Both the position numbers and the translations under genes were made by a program. From NCBI GenBank assembly GCA_030390025.1, contig CM059432.1, forward strand, positions 137,456,001 to 137,520,000: DNA of 64,000 nucleotides, given 5' to 3'. Shown one piece after another: positions 13,330 through 25,655 of this stretch. This DNA comes from Squalus acanthias. Taxonomy: Eukaryota. A model generated the notes under the pieces. It worked only from the letters and a program-made list of their open reading frames with translations. It was not told the DNA's origin and did not search any database. Position 1 is the stretch's first letter. The number at the start of each line of letters is the position of its first letter.

Positions 13330-13660
13330 ATACCATCTTTCCGATGAGATGTTAAACCGAGGCCCTGTCTGCCCTCTCGGGTGGAAATAAAACATCCCAC
13401 AGAACTGTTCGAAGAAGAGCAGGGGAGTTCTCCCCGGTGACTTGGCCAACATTTATCCCTCAACAAACATCACTAAAAACAGATGATCTGGTCATTACCA
13501 CATTGCTGCTTGTGGGAGCTTGCTGTGCGCAAATTGGCTGCCGCGTTTCCTACATTACAACAGTGACTACACTTCAAAAGTGCTTCATTGGCTGTAAAGC
13601 GCTTTGAGACGCCCTGAGGTTGTGAAAGGCGCTATATAAATACAAGTTCCTTCTTTCTTT
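13330..13660 (+). mobile_element. SacSINE1-like SINE, 5'-truncated
   Basis: Core and tail match other copies. Confidence 0.8.
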
Positions 13661-14287
13661 TCGATTCCATGTAATTCTACGGATAAAAAGCAATGGAGAT
13701 TAATTTACTCAATTTTTGAAAGGAGATCTGGTGTACAATTATGTATTTCAACACTAGAGAAGTGTTGTGTGGAGGTTACGCTTTTGCATGTTAGCACACA
13801 CAGATGGTCTCCATGGGAAGTGAGATGGCTGTGAGTCATGTGTAATGAGCAGTTTTAATTGGTGTCAAGCTACCTGCCAGTGTGTGTGTGTGTGAGTCTG
13901 TCCAGCCACACATCCATGGCTTTTAACATGATGTATGGTGGGTGCTTGCTGTTCTGCCTGTGTAGTAGAGACTGGATTGCTTGTTTCATTTATATTCAGA
14001 TTTGACTCTGTTTTGATTAAAGGATACAATTGTTCTATTTGCTTGTTTTTAAAAATTAATACCACTGTTCCTTTGGAGCAAAACTAACGAGTTTGCACCA
14101 TTGTGACGGTAAATGTAGATGTGTGACAGGTTTGTGTCTGCCTGAATTTTCACCATTGGGTTTATGAATTGGATATACATCTTGTAAATGTTGATTGAGA
14201 AACTCCTATATCAAGGAATTAACAGAAGTCTTGGAATTGGCAACTAAGCAATTAAAAGTTGCAGATTCAAACAGGAGCATCTTCTTT

Positions 14288-14470
14288 GAAATAAAAAGAG
14301 AAAATGCTGGAAATACTCAGCAGGCCAGGCAGCATCTGTGGAGAGAGAAACAGAGTTAAAGTTTCAGGTCGATGACCCTTCGTTCTCCACAGATGCTGCC
14401 TGGCCTGCTGAGTGTTTCCAGCATTTTCTCTCTTTATTTCAGCTTTCCAGCATCCGCAGTATTTTGCTTT
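14288..14470. mobile_element. Inverted pair of PLE tails (fold-back)
   Basis: Arms 14288-14344 and 14384-14440 are reverse complements; the spacer holds a truncated hammerhead (minus ACGAAGGGTCATCGACCTGAAAC). Confidence 0.75.
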
Positions 14471-14983
14471 TGTATTCGCAACTTTTTCGAGCTGTGTCAG
14501 TAGTGACAACCCCACCAAGGTTCCCTGCAATTTTATTTGGCGCCGTGCGGCCCCTTTAAGTGCTCGGGGTTTTTCTCATTGAAAAGCCGGCTGCACGGAG
14601 ACCCCGGAGTGCTGCGCCACCACGCAGCTTACAGGGAGCATGGGACCCCACCATCTCCTAAATCATGAGACAAACTCTGAAAAAATCATCAGATTTGATA
14701 AGAAATCATGAGTTGCTATTTTTTTTAAAAAACATAAACCTATATAGATTGACAGTTCGCTTATAAGCCTCATTGTGGCTTTTATTTAATCTCTAACAGG
14801 TCACAGCTCTTTACAAAAGCTATATTACTGCATCTGAAAATACTTTACAAACAACTTTTTAAAACTCCTACCCGTTGTCACCACCCCTCCCCTGGTGTCC
14901 AGCACAAACACCATGCAATGCAGTCCCTGCAGCTGCCAACCAGAGGTGTTCAGCCCATAAAAGCTCATCCCTCTAGAACCTAT

Positions 14984-15473
14984 GGGGAGAAATTCGGTAT
15001 CGCCCCGTTTGGGGCGCAAAGGTTAGCGCCTGGCGCTAATTATCGCCTCCGACTGCAAACTTGGCTTCTATCGCCCCTGGAGGTGATTGGAGCGCTAAAT
15101 CAAGCGCTACACACTTCTCAAGGTGCTAACGCCGAGGAGCGAGGCGCTACCTCAGAGCGCTGGCGAAGCTCATGTGATGTCAGTTAGCAATGGAACACAG
15201 ACACACTGGCGCCGGCCAGTTCTTAAAGGGGATGGTTAATCTTGCTCTCCAGCCACACCCTGCTCATTGCAGCCTTGAATCTCGGCCTGGAGAGACCTGT
15301 ACATCAATTCTGCTGGAAAGAACAATGGAGAGTCCCAGGGAAAGAGCTCAGAGTGCAGCCCCCACAGTCTCTTCTAAATCGATGCAAGGAAGGTCAAATC
15401 AAAATGAAGCTGCAAAGTGCTGCTCAGTACCCAAAACTCCTTCACACAGTGTTGAATCTCTCCAGAAGTCAGT

Positions 15474-15504
<31 letters not shown>

Positions 15505-15862
15505 AGAATGCATGGTACAAAAATGTCGCTGACAAAAAAAGGCAGGAAGCAGCCGCCTTTAAATAGCGCTCCCCCAGTCCCTTCCCGACTGCAAAACGTT
15601 CCCCTCTACTTGTCGTTGCTAGCGGCAGGCGGAAAGGCAGGGGGCGCCACTCAATATCCGGTCTGGGGCGCTACGGGGGCGTTGCACACTCGACTGACAT
15701 CACGACCTGCGGGCGCAGGAGATCGTGGCGGTAGTGTTTAGCACCGCCGCAAAATGTTTGGTCAATTTCGTGAGCAGTGCAAACCTCGCTGCGCCCGGGC
15801 GCTAGTTGCTTTGCGCCCTGTTAGCGCTAACGGCAGGTGCTAATTAATCGAATTTTTCCCCC
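14984..15862. mobile_element. GC-rich Harbinger-like non-autonomous element
   Basis: TIR-like ends GGGGAGAAATTCG / CGAATTTTTCCCCC; many TAGCGCC/GGCGCTA motifs; internal (CT)n at ~15477-15504. Confidence 0.7.
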
Positions 15863-16504
15863 TGAAACTATTTGCTTCATTATGCCATATTACGGTGCTA
15901 ACCTTTCAACTGGAGCTATCCTAATCCCTTTTCCTTTACGCATATGATTTTGTACTCATTCCTTTTCAAATACTTATCCAATTTCCTTCTCACTAATGTT
16001 AGTTCCTATCTCAATAGCCACTTGTGGTAAAGCACCCTATGTTGCAACAGCCCTGTGTGAAAACATTTCTAATTTTGTCTTGATACTAATAATTACGATT
16101 GTTAGCAATTCACCAATCAATCTTTCACTATTTGCCCTCTGAAAACTCTTCATAATTTTGAAAACCCTTTATTAGATTCCTCTTTAACCTGGAGTGAGAA
16201 AACCTCTAATTTATTTGAAGCTAGTGCATGGCAGCACATTACAGTAGCCTCGACCTTGGCTCCTACCTCAAAAGCCTCAGCACTCAGTGGGTCAGGGCCT
16301 GCTGGTCTCTCCATAATGCTGTACTCTCCATAAACCGGATTAATTTAAGGCTTCAATACTTGACTTGGTTCCAAAAAAAAGGATAGGCTCCACTCTGACC
16401 GTAAAATACATTTCATGATAAGAGTTACATGGACTAAATGGCCTGTTTCTGTGCTGTACATTCTAACAGGTCCATGCCGGTGTTTATGCCACCCTATCCG
16501 CATA

Positions 16505-17365
16505 TCTAAAGACAGCACCTCCAACAGTGCAGCGCTCCTTCAGTGCTGGCACTGGGAGTGTCAGCCTAGATTATGTGCCCAAGTCTTTGGAGTGGGACTT
16601 GAACCCACAACAACAACTTGTATTTATATAGCGCCTTTAACGTAGTAAAACGTCCCAAGGCGCTTCACAGGAGTATTAAAAGACAAAATATTGACACCGA
16701 GCCACATTAGGAGAAATTAGGGCAGGTGACCAAAAGCTTGGTCAAAGAGGTAGGTTTTAAGGAGCATCTTAAAGGAGGAAAGAGAGGTAGCGAGGCGGAG
16801 AGGTTTAGGGAGGGAATTCCAGAGCTTAGGGCCCAGGCAACAGGAGGCACGACCACCAAAGGTTGAGTGATTATAATCAGGGATCCTCAAGAGTGCAGAT
16901 ATCGCCGGGGGTGGGGTTGTGGGGCTGAAGGAGATTACAGAGATAGGAAAGGGCGAGGCCATGGAGGAATTTGAAAACAAGGATGAGAATTTTGAAATCG
17001 AGCGTTGCTTAACCGGGAGCCAATGTAGGTCAGCGAGCACAGGGGTGGTGGGTGAACGGGACTTGGTGCGAGTTAGGACACGGGCAGCCGAGTTTTGGAT
17101 GACCTCAAGTTTACGTAGGGTGGAATGTTGGAGGCCAGCCAGGAGTGCGTTGCATTAGTCAAGTCTAGCGGTAACAAAGGCATGGATGAGGGTTTCAGCA
17201 GCGGATTAGCTGAGGCAAGGGCGGAGACGGGCGATGTTACAGAAGTGGAAATAGGTGTTCTTAGTTATGCTGTGACTATGTGGTCGAAGCTCATTTCGGG
17301 GTCAAATATGACACCAAGGTTGCGAACAGTGTGGCTCAGCCTCAGAGAGATGTTAGGGAGAGGGA
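16505..17365 (-). mobile_element. SINE fragment plus L2 LINE 3' fragment (16610-17365)
   Basis: Peptide LADLHWLPVKQR...LGPKLWNSLPKPLR...FKMLLKTYLFDQAF is the L2 ORF2 C-terminus. Confidence 0.85.
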
Positions 17366-18279
17366 CAACCTTCTGACTCTGAGGCGAAGGTACCACCCAC
17401 TGAGCCCGAGTCTAGGCTAACACTTCAGTGCATCACCGGAAGGAGGAGATGTCAAACTGCGCGTCCACCTGCCAGTTCAGGTAGATGTAAAAGAATCAGT
17501 AGCACCATTCTTGGCGCAGGTGAGCTCTCCTGGTGTCCTGGTCAACACCCAACTCTCATGCAAACACTGGTTGTTGATGTCATTGCTATTTGTGCGCAAA
17601 TTGGCTGCCACGCTTACCTGCATAAGAACAGTGACCATACTTCAAAAGTAATTTTGTTTGTTCAGTAGTTATGTTGCACTTTGACTATATAATCTTATCT
17701 TTCTTCTCCGCAACACAGTTTGTGTTTGGGTTGCTAGCACAGTTTGTCTTTGGGTTGCTAACACAGTCGTAGAAATTAGAATAAGGGATTCATGGACAGC
17801 GTGAAAATGTACAGGGGGTCCCGGGAACGGTATTAAAACTTGCAGTGGCTCCCCAGGAGTGTGCCACTGTTGGCAGGGGGTTACGCTTCACACAGAAGAG
17901 TTTGAAAACCACTTCTTTAAAACAGCTGCTATTCGGAGCTCAGGGTTAGACAGGTGCTCACCCAACACATGCTCAAAGCAAACCGGTAAAGCCCCCAGGA
18001 TCCCATGGTTATTTAAACCCTCACCGTGCCTATTGCAGAATTCTACACGGATATTCAAACCCAGCAGTCTGATGGTTCATGCAACGTCCTGCATTTTACT
18101 GTTTTAAGTCAAAGAAGCCGTCATACCATTGAAACCTCCTCCGAAAACCTGTGATTACTAATTAGTCTTAGTCCAATCACCTCTGGGATTTCCCCCGCCT
18201 CCCTTCCTTCTCTCCGGATGGTGCTAACTCTTTCTGGGGTGCAAGTCCACGAGAATTGATCATTTCCTTGTACCTCGCT

Positions 18280-18720
18280 CAAGAACCTATTCGTGCGTGA
18301 GGCAGACAGTACGCGCTGTTGGACTGTGGAAGCTGAGCCCTCACTTGATGCTCGTGCTCGCGCGCACGAGCCAAAAGGAGCCACTTGACAGTGAGCAGAA
18401 GTGAGAATCTTCGGTTCGACCGTCCTCGGCTCCTTCGCTCCCCCACCTCGTGCTCCAGCCGCTTCGCGCTGCCTCTCCGTTACCACGGCAACCCCGCAGG
18501 ATATCGCGAGATTTCTCGGCATTCGCGAGAAGGAGGAGGAAGGGGTCCAAGATAACCCGGTGAGAGGAGGTGGCTCGCTCGGTTGTTCTGGAAAGCCCTC
18601 TGAACTTGGTAATTTTTTTTTGCACATGCATGAATGGCATATTTATCGCGCTTGACAAATCTGCGTATTTGCTTTCCTTAAAAAACAATCTCGAGATTTA
18701 GGCGTTCCATCACGGGTGAA
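18280..18720 (+). promoter_or_regulatory. CpG-island-like promoter with probable non-coding exon 1 ending at 18559
   Basis: Non-repetitive CpG-dense stretch in CpG-poor DNA. Contains an RFX X-box GTTACCACGGCAAC (18479-18492), two TCGCGAGA motifs (18502-18511, 18521-18530), a near-palindrome (18351-18370) and donor CCG|GTGAGA (18559/60). Confidence 0.7.
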
Positions 18721-18969
18721 GCTTTATTTCACTCCAAAATTGCATGTCTTGCGATGGAATCGAGAGAGTTGGCAATACTTTTCCTGTCAATTTTAAATTT
18801 TAGGGGGAAAAAATAAATCTAAACTCACTCATTCGCAACAATCGGCAGACTTGAATATAGGCCCTCCGTTCCTTCATCGGAACAGGGGACTACGTGTCAT
18901 TCACTTCTTGAGAAACAAACTTGTACAAGAGGTTGAGGGAGGATGAGACAGGCTGAATGTGAGGGTGTC

Positions 18970-19648
18970 CTTACTTAAGGAAAGACATCCTTGCTCTCGA
19001 GGCAGTGCAAAAAAGGTTCACTCGGTTAATCCCGGGGATGAGGGGGTGGTCATATGAGGAGAGGTTGGGTAGATTGGGACTCTACTCATTGGAGTTCAGA
19101 AGAATGAGAGGCGATCTTATTGAAACATATAAGATTGTGAAGGGGTTGGATCGGGTGGATGCGGGGAGGATGTTCCCGATGACGGGTGAGACGAGAACTA
19201 GGGGACATAGTCTTAGAATAAGGGGCTGCTCTTTCAAAACTGAGATGAGGAGGAACTACTTCACTCAGAGGGTGGTAGGTCCATGGAATATGCTGCCACA
19301 AAAAGCTGTAGAAGCTACAACATTAATTAAATTTAAAACAGAAATAGACAGTTTCCTAGAAGTAAAGGGCATTAAGGGTTACGGGGAGCGGGCAGGAATT
19401 TGGACATGAGTCTAGGTTCGGATCGGTCATGGCCCTGTGGGTAGTGGAGCGGGCCCAGGGACTGTGTAGCCTGATTCTGCTCCTATTTCGTGTGTGCAAT
19501 TCTGTTAGATGCAGGAGATGGTTCTGTGATAGATAGTAGATTGGCGGTTAGGATCAGATCAGCCATGATCTTATTGAATGGCGGAGCAGGCTCGAGGGGC
19601 CGATTGGCCTACTCCTGCTCCTATTTCTTATGTTCTTATGTTCTTATG
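18970..19648 (+). mobile_element. CR1 LINE 3' end with two successive 3' tails
   Basis: ORF QKRFTRLIPGM...RTRGHSLRI...; divergent tail at ~19410-19495, then canonical tail at ~19549-19648 ending (ttcttatg)n. Confidence 0.85.
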
Positions 19649-20681
19649 AAGAGTTTCCGCTTTGGGAGCAATCGGGAAATTGCGCCAAAATGCGCTTGAA
19701 ATTGCACTGGTTAGGTTAGGCTTCAAGTCTCCGCTGAAATTCATTTGCATAATCACAAACGTAAAATCTTCCATGAACCAGCGCAATCGGGCAGCGTAAT
19801 AGAACATAATCAGTTCTTTTAGAAAAAATTATTTCCATTTAAAAAATATTCCTTGATGTATTTAAGAGTGGTAACCTGGTGCAGTTTTATTAACACAGCT
19901 GAAAAAGGGTCGATCAGCAAAAAAATAAGCATTTTTAATAAAGGTGTTCAGTCCTCCACCTGTGAGTAACCTGATTTAAAATCACAAAGTGGCATTTTAA
20001 AAAAAAAACTATACTGAGCCATTTAATAGTTTCATCGGTGTACACTTCAGGTTCTTAGTAAGTTTAGTACTCTTCGATTATGAGAGAGCTTTTAAAACGT
20101 GCCTACTGGTGCCTGTGCGTCTAAGAAAATGCTTGCAATTTGAAGAGCCTTCCCGAACCAGCGGAATCTCGCAATGTCGACCTGGGTGGGTGGCCAATTT
20201 TGAGAGCGGGGCCCGATTCGTGCGAATTGAATTTTTGAACCAGCGTAAAAGATAGTGGAAAACATGAGCGTAAGTGGATTTTGGGGCGTAACTCACTCGC
20301 ATTTAAAATTCCCCGATCTTTTGCGCTGGTTTGAAAATTGCGCTGATGTAACTAGCGGAAACGAGAGGAAACTTTGTTAGCAACTTTACACAGACTTCAA
20401 AACCACCACAGCCATTATTACAAAGGGTTATTGACCCATTACAGATTTTCTCATTGTATATATGTTTATATTGTACTGTTGGTTTTTGCCCATTGTTATG
20501 CTTTATATTGCTTGTAAATGGAAGATATTGTTGCTTTGGTCAACAAGTCTCGGGTCTGCTTGATAATGGGTCTGTGCTTAAATCCAGTAAGCAGATTGCT
20601 ACAAGTGGGGCAGGACTGTATATATCAATATCGTCTCGTTACCTGTGTAAGTGATGTCAGTAGGAGAATGACTGGTTTCTC

Positions 20682-21586
20682 TCTCCACAGATGCTGCCTG
20701 ACCTGCTGAGTATTTCCAGCATTTTCTCTCTTTATTTCAGCTTTCCAGCATCCGCAGTATTTTGCTTTTGTATTAGCAACTTCTTCGAGCTGTGTCAGTA
20801 GTGACAACCCACCAAGGTTCCCTGCAATTTTATTTGGCGCCGTGCGGCCCCTTTACATGCTTGGTTTTCTCATTGAAAAGCCGGCTGCGCGGGGTCCCTG
20901 GAGCGCTGCGCCACCACGCAGCTTGCATCTCATAAATCATGAGACAAGCTCTGAAAAATCGTCAGATTTGGTAAGAAATCATGAGTTGCTATTTTTTTAA
21001 AAACATAAACCAATATAGATTCACAGTTCGCTTATAAGCCTCATTGTGGCTTTTATTTCATCTCTAACAGGTCACAGCTCTTTACAAGAGCTATATTACT
21101 GCATCTGAAAATACTTTACAAACAACTTTTTAAAACTCCGACCCGTTGTCACCACCCCTCACCTGGTGCCCAACACAAACACCATGCAATGCAGTCCCTG
21201 CAGCTGCCAACCAGAGGTGTTCAGCCCATTAAAGCTCATCCCTCTAGAACCCATGGGGGAGAAATTCGGTATCGCCCCGTTTGGGGCGCAAAGTTTAGCG
21301 CCTGGCGCTAATTATCGCCTCCGACTGCAAACTTGGCCTCTATCGCCCCTGGAGGTGATTTGAGCGCTTAATCAGGCGCTACACACCTCTCAAGGCGCTA
21401 ACGCCGAGGAGCGAGGCGCTACCTCAGAGCGCTGGCGAAGCTCAGGTGATGTCAGTCAGCAATGGAACACAGACACACTGGCGCTGGCCAGTTCTTAAAG
21501 GGGAGGGTCGATCTTGCTCTCCATCCACACCCTGCTCATTGCAGCCTTGAATCTCGGCCTGGAGAGACCTGTACATCAATTCTGCT
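20682..21586 (+). repeat. Local duplicate of 14384-15314, flanked by ~33-bp direct repeats
   Basis: Colinear high-identity match (PLE tail, unique flank, left part of MITE); taagtgatgtcagtaggagaatga(c)tggtttct at 20648-20680 and 21587-21618. Confidence 0.9.
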
Positions 21587-22026
21587 TAAGTGATGTCAGT
21601 AGGAGAATGATGGTTTCTTTGATCGGTGTCGTTGGACTGTCCATGTTGCCTGCCAGGTTTATAAGCTCAAAACAAGTAGTTTTATATTATTTCTGCAACA
21701 AAAAATAAATCAAGGCAACTGTGTGTGATAATGGTCATTGGCCGCCAAGTACTGGTGCAGTAAAAGAAAGAATTGCATTTATATAGCGCCTTTCACAACC
21801 TTGTGTTGTGACATCCCAAAGCAATTTCCGGCCAACCCAAGTACTTTTGAAGTGTAGTCGCTGTTGTAATGTAGGAAGTCACACCCGCAACTTCTACAAT
21901 AACTGGATGCTAGTAATCCTTGATTTTTACCAATTTATAAAGCTCCTGATGTAGCTCTCCCAACATTGCAGTCATTATTTTTACATTGTGAAAAGTTGCG
22001 ACATAACATGCACAACTTGCTATAGT

Positions 22027-22483
22027 GCCAGCTTTGGCTCCGTGTGTAGCACTCTCATCTCAATCAGAAGGTCATGGGTTCGAGTTCTACGTCAGAGACT
22101 TGTGCACATAATCTAGGCTGACTCTCCCAGTGCAGTGCTGAGGGAGTGCTGCGTCGTCGGAGGTGCCGTCCTTCGGCTGAGCCACTAATCCGAGGCCCCG
22201 TCTGCACCCTCAGGTGGACGTAAAAGATCCCACGGCACTATTTCGAAGAAGAGCAGGGGAGTTCTCCCCGGTGTCCTGGCCAATATTTATCTTTCAACCA
22301 AAATCACTAAAAACAGATTATCTGGACATTACCCCATTGCTGTTTGTGGGAGCTTGCTGCGCGCAAATTGGCTGCTGCGTTTCCTACCTTACAACAGTGA
22401 CTACACTTCAAAAGTACTTCACTGGCTGTAAAGCGCTTTGGGATGTCCTGTGGTTGTAAAAGGTGCTGTATAAATGCAAGTTG
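22027..22483 (+). mobile_element. Full-length SacSINE1-like DeuSINE
   Basis: tRNA-like head with B box ggttcgagttc, core gcgcaaattggctgc, L2-like tail tataaatgcaagt. Confidence 0.85.
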
Positions 22484-23424
22484 TCTCGTTCTCTTATCCG
22501 CCATTATTAACACTTTGAAAGTGCGATGATTCTGAGCAGATTTTGTTTTGGCTGTTTGAGTCTGATCACTTGTTTAGTGCTAACTCCACCTTGCAGCAGG
22601 TTGAGGTAGTGGGTACACACGTGACCTAAAAGTACATGAAAATGTTTCCGAAAATGTTTCCAAAAAAGAAAAAATTCTGTCTTGATATTAAATTCTGTTT
22701 TTTTTAAATTTTGTTATTGCTTTTTTAGGCTGTGGAATCTCGTTCTATACGAGTTAACACATACAGAAAAATGCTTGAAAATTGGATTGTAAATTTTGAG
22801 AATGACAGCACTAGGACTGAATTCTTTGTGTGTGTCACTCTCTGTCTGATTGCACAGTGCACCTAGTATTTAATCTGGTACCCCTAAAAGTGATAGTTTT
22901 ATTTAGTAACGGAAGCCGTGCGGGCCTGAAATGAGCATGAATGAGGCTGTTTGAGTCTTCAGTGGGGTTTTGCATCAGCACGTCTGAATTTCTGCAGGCT
23001 ACTGGCAAGCGAGTGACCTCCAGGCACCATCATAAAATAAGGATCCCATTATCTTCCCCGGGTCAGCAGGAAGAACCTTTTTATTTAAAAATGGCATCAT
23101 AAGCTTATTAGGAGCACTTTACTGTCTGATTCCAGAGCTCCGTTGAGTACTTGGTCATGTATGACTAGTTAACCTTTTTATTCTCTAGATGTTTATCCCT
23201 TTTTAAAGGAGTTAACAGACTTGGTACGATACATGGAGTTCCTTTTTGAAGTAGAGTATTCTCAATGCGGCCTTGGCAATAAGTTTTATACAGGGTTTTT
23301 ATAAAAAAAACACTTTTCTAGCTTGAAGTCAAAAGCCCCCAAGAGGCAATCCCAGCACATGAGTAGTCATGTTTATAGCCTCACACTGACTGAACGTTCG
23401 CAGTGAATCATCTAATATCTTTCC

Positions 23425-23655
23425 TGAATAGTGGAAATCTGGAACTCTCTCCTTTTTCCCCCCCATAAAAAAAGCTGTTGAGGCTGGGGATCAATTAAAA
23501 ATTTCAAAACTGAGATTGATCGGTTTATGTTAGGCAAGGGTGTTAAGGGATGTGGAACCAAGGCGGGTGGATGGAGTTGCGATACAGATCAGCCATGATC
23601 TAATTGAGTGGCGGAACAGGCTCGATGGGCTGAATAGCCTCCTCCTGTTCCTATG
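23425..23655 (+). mobile_element. CR1 3' end
   Basis: gtggaaatctggaactctc...gatcagccatgatctaattga...ctcctgttcctatg. Confidence 0.75.
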
Positions 23656-23699
23656 GATGATCTACGGGTACGGGGTGTCCAGTGACCAGTGGACACTGC

Positions 23700-24372
23700 A
23701 ACCCCCCTGATTTTAACTCGGGGCGGGAGTCGGGCGGGTGGCCGGGTCGAGGCTGGCGGCACAGGTCCCCGCCCTTGACGGCGTGAGGCCCCCGGGGCTT
23801 CACCTGCACAAGCCTCAAGTCAGGCTCCTGCCGAAACCAGCGGTAAACGGCTGCTGGGGTCCGAAGGAATGGTCCCCAGCACTCTGATATTCCAGACAGC
23901 CTTGCGATCAGGGGAAGTCCGGGGCAAGGGAGGCCTAAACATTCCTAATGAGGCCCGGAGGAGGAGGCAATCCTGTTCCTCCTGACCCCACATGTCAGGT
24001 CAAAATAAGTAAGTAAATAAGACCACTTTTTTTTTGGAGCCTCTTTTGGCCTCGACTCCTCTTCCCTCTGGGTTTGCTGGGGGAGGCAGTGGGGGGGGGG
24101 GGGAACGGTACAACCACTTTCCTGGGCAGGCCTCTGGTTAAAATAGCAGTCGAGCCCCCAATGCCCAGTGACGTCACGGGAGCCTGATCTGCATATTTAA
24201 AGAAGGGCCCCACCGGGTTGCAGCTGGTGTGCCTCCCGATTTGCTCATGAGAGCAGTTTAAAATTGGAGCCAGCGGGATTGGGGTGGGACGTGGGTGAGT
24301 GAGTTCCACGGGCGATTTGTTTTTTTAACTGTCTACCCACCCGGATTCCTCCGAGCGGGTTAACGTCTCCCT
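23700..24372. mobile_element. Degenerate GC-rich Harbinger-like MITE
   Basis: Shares internal motifs (gaggagg..aatcc, atatttaaa, gcagtttaaaat) with 34280-35314 and 49493-50141. Confidence 0.5.
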
Positions 24373-24562
24373 GTGCACTTTTTTTTGCTTGACATGATTT
24401 CAGTCTTTTAATTTTTTGTATGTAGTTTGAGGTAAGCCACTCCTTGCTTTTAAAATATTAGTGGTGTTCTCCATTGAGGGGTTGGTACGTGATACCTGTA
24501 GGAGATTGGACTTTGTCCAGTCCTGTGCTTTATTAACCTGCTGTAAATAGTTCCTGCCTTAC

Positions 24563-24792
24563 AGCAACAACAACTTGTATTTATATAGCACCTTCAACGT
24601 AGTAAAACATCCCAAGGCGCTTCACAGGAGCGTTATCGGACAAAATTTGACACCGAGCCACATGAGATATTAGGTGGCCAAAAGCTTGGTCAAAGAGGTA
24701 GGTTTTAAGGAGTGATTTAAAGGGGAGAGAGAGAGAGGCGGAGAGGTTTAAGGAGGTAAATTCTAGAGCTTAGGGCCAAGGCAGCTGAAGGC
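24563..24792 (-). mobile_element. L2 3' end
   Basis: Same tail as 1924-2130. Confidence 0.8.
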
Positions 24793-25084
24793 TTTTATCT
24801 ACATTAAATTGCATGTTTTAATTGAATACAATTGATCTGTTCTACACTAGTTGCATAGTTCAGTGTTGTCAGCAGATTGTATATTGTACAGAAATTGCCT
24901 CCCTCCATAACATGCGGGAGCAGCTTGGGGAAGTTTCTTTTCTCAGACCGGTTGTGCGTTTCCAGTATCCATCAGCATTTTCGGTTTTTATTCAAGCCTT
25001 TTTTTTTTTAATCTCCGGAGGGTTGTGTGGCGGTTTTAATGAAAATTATTGAAGGAAAATAATTAGGAACTTTTAAAGATTATT

Positions 25085-25655
25085 TTTTATTCGTTCATGG
25101 GATGTGGGCGTCGCTGGCAAGGCCAGCATTTATTGCCCATCCCTAATTGCCCTTGAGAAGGTGGTGGTGAGCGGCCTTCTTGAACCGCTGCAGTCCGTGT
25201 GGTGAAGGTGCTCCCACAGTGCTGTTAGGGAGGGAGTTCCAGGATTTTGACCCAGCGACAATGAAGGAACGGCTGATATACTTCTAAGTCAGGATGGAGG
25301 GGAACTTGGAAGGGAACTTGCAGGTGATGGTGTTCCCATGTGTCTGCTGCCCTTGTCCTTCTAGGTGGAAGAGGTTGCGGGTTTGGGAGGTGCTGCCGAA
25401 GAAGCCTTGGCGAGTTGCTGCAGTGCATCGTGTAGATGGTACACACTGCAGCCACGGTACGTCGGTGGTGGAGGGAGTGAATGTTTAAGGTGGTGGATGG
25501 GGTGCCAATCAAGCGGGCTGCTTTGTTCTGGATGGTGTCGAACTTCTTGAGTGTTGTTGGAGCTGCACTCATCCAGACAAGTGGAGAGTATTCCATCACA
25601 CTCCTAACTTGTGCCTTGTAGATGGTGGAAAGGCTTTGGGGAGTCAGGAGGTGAG
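25085..25655 (-). mobile_element. CR1/L2-group LINE 3' fragment
   Basis: Minus ORF MEYSPLVWMSAAPTTLKKFDTIQNKAARLIG...SLHHRRTVAAVCTIY is a post-RT LINE region. Confidence 0.8.

Noticed and set aside
18121..18688. Overlapping ORFs (168, 115 and 84 aa) across the CpG island
   Set aside because: No recognisable domain; long frames are expected in GC-rich promoter DNA.
22729..22866. Acceptor plus open frame AVESRSIRVNTYRK...
   Set aside because: No convincing donor or homology; an untranslated exon cannot be excluded.
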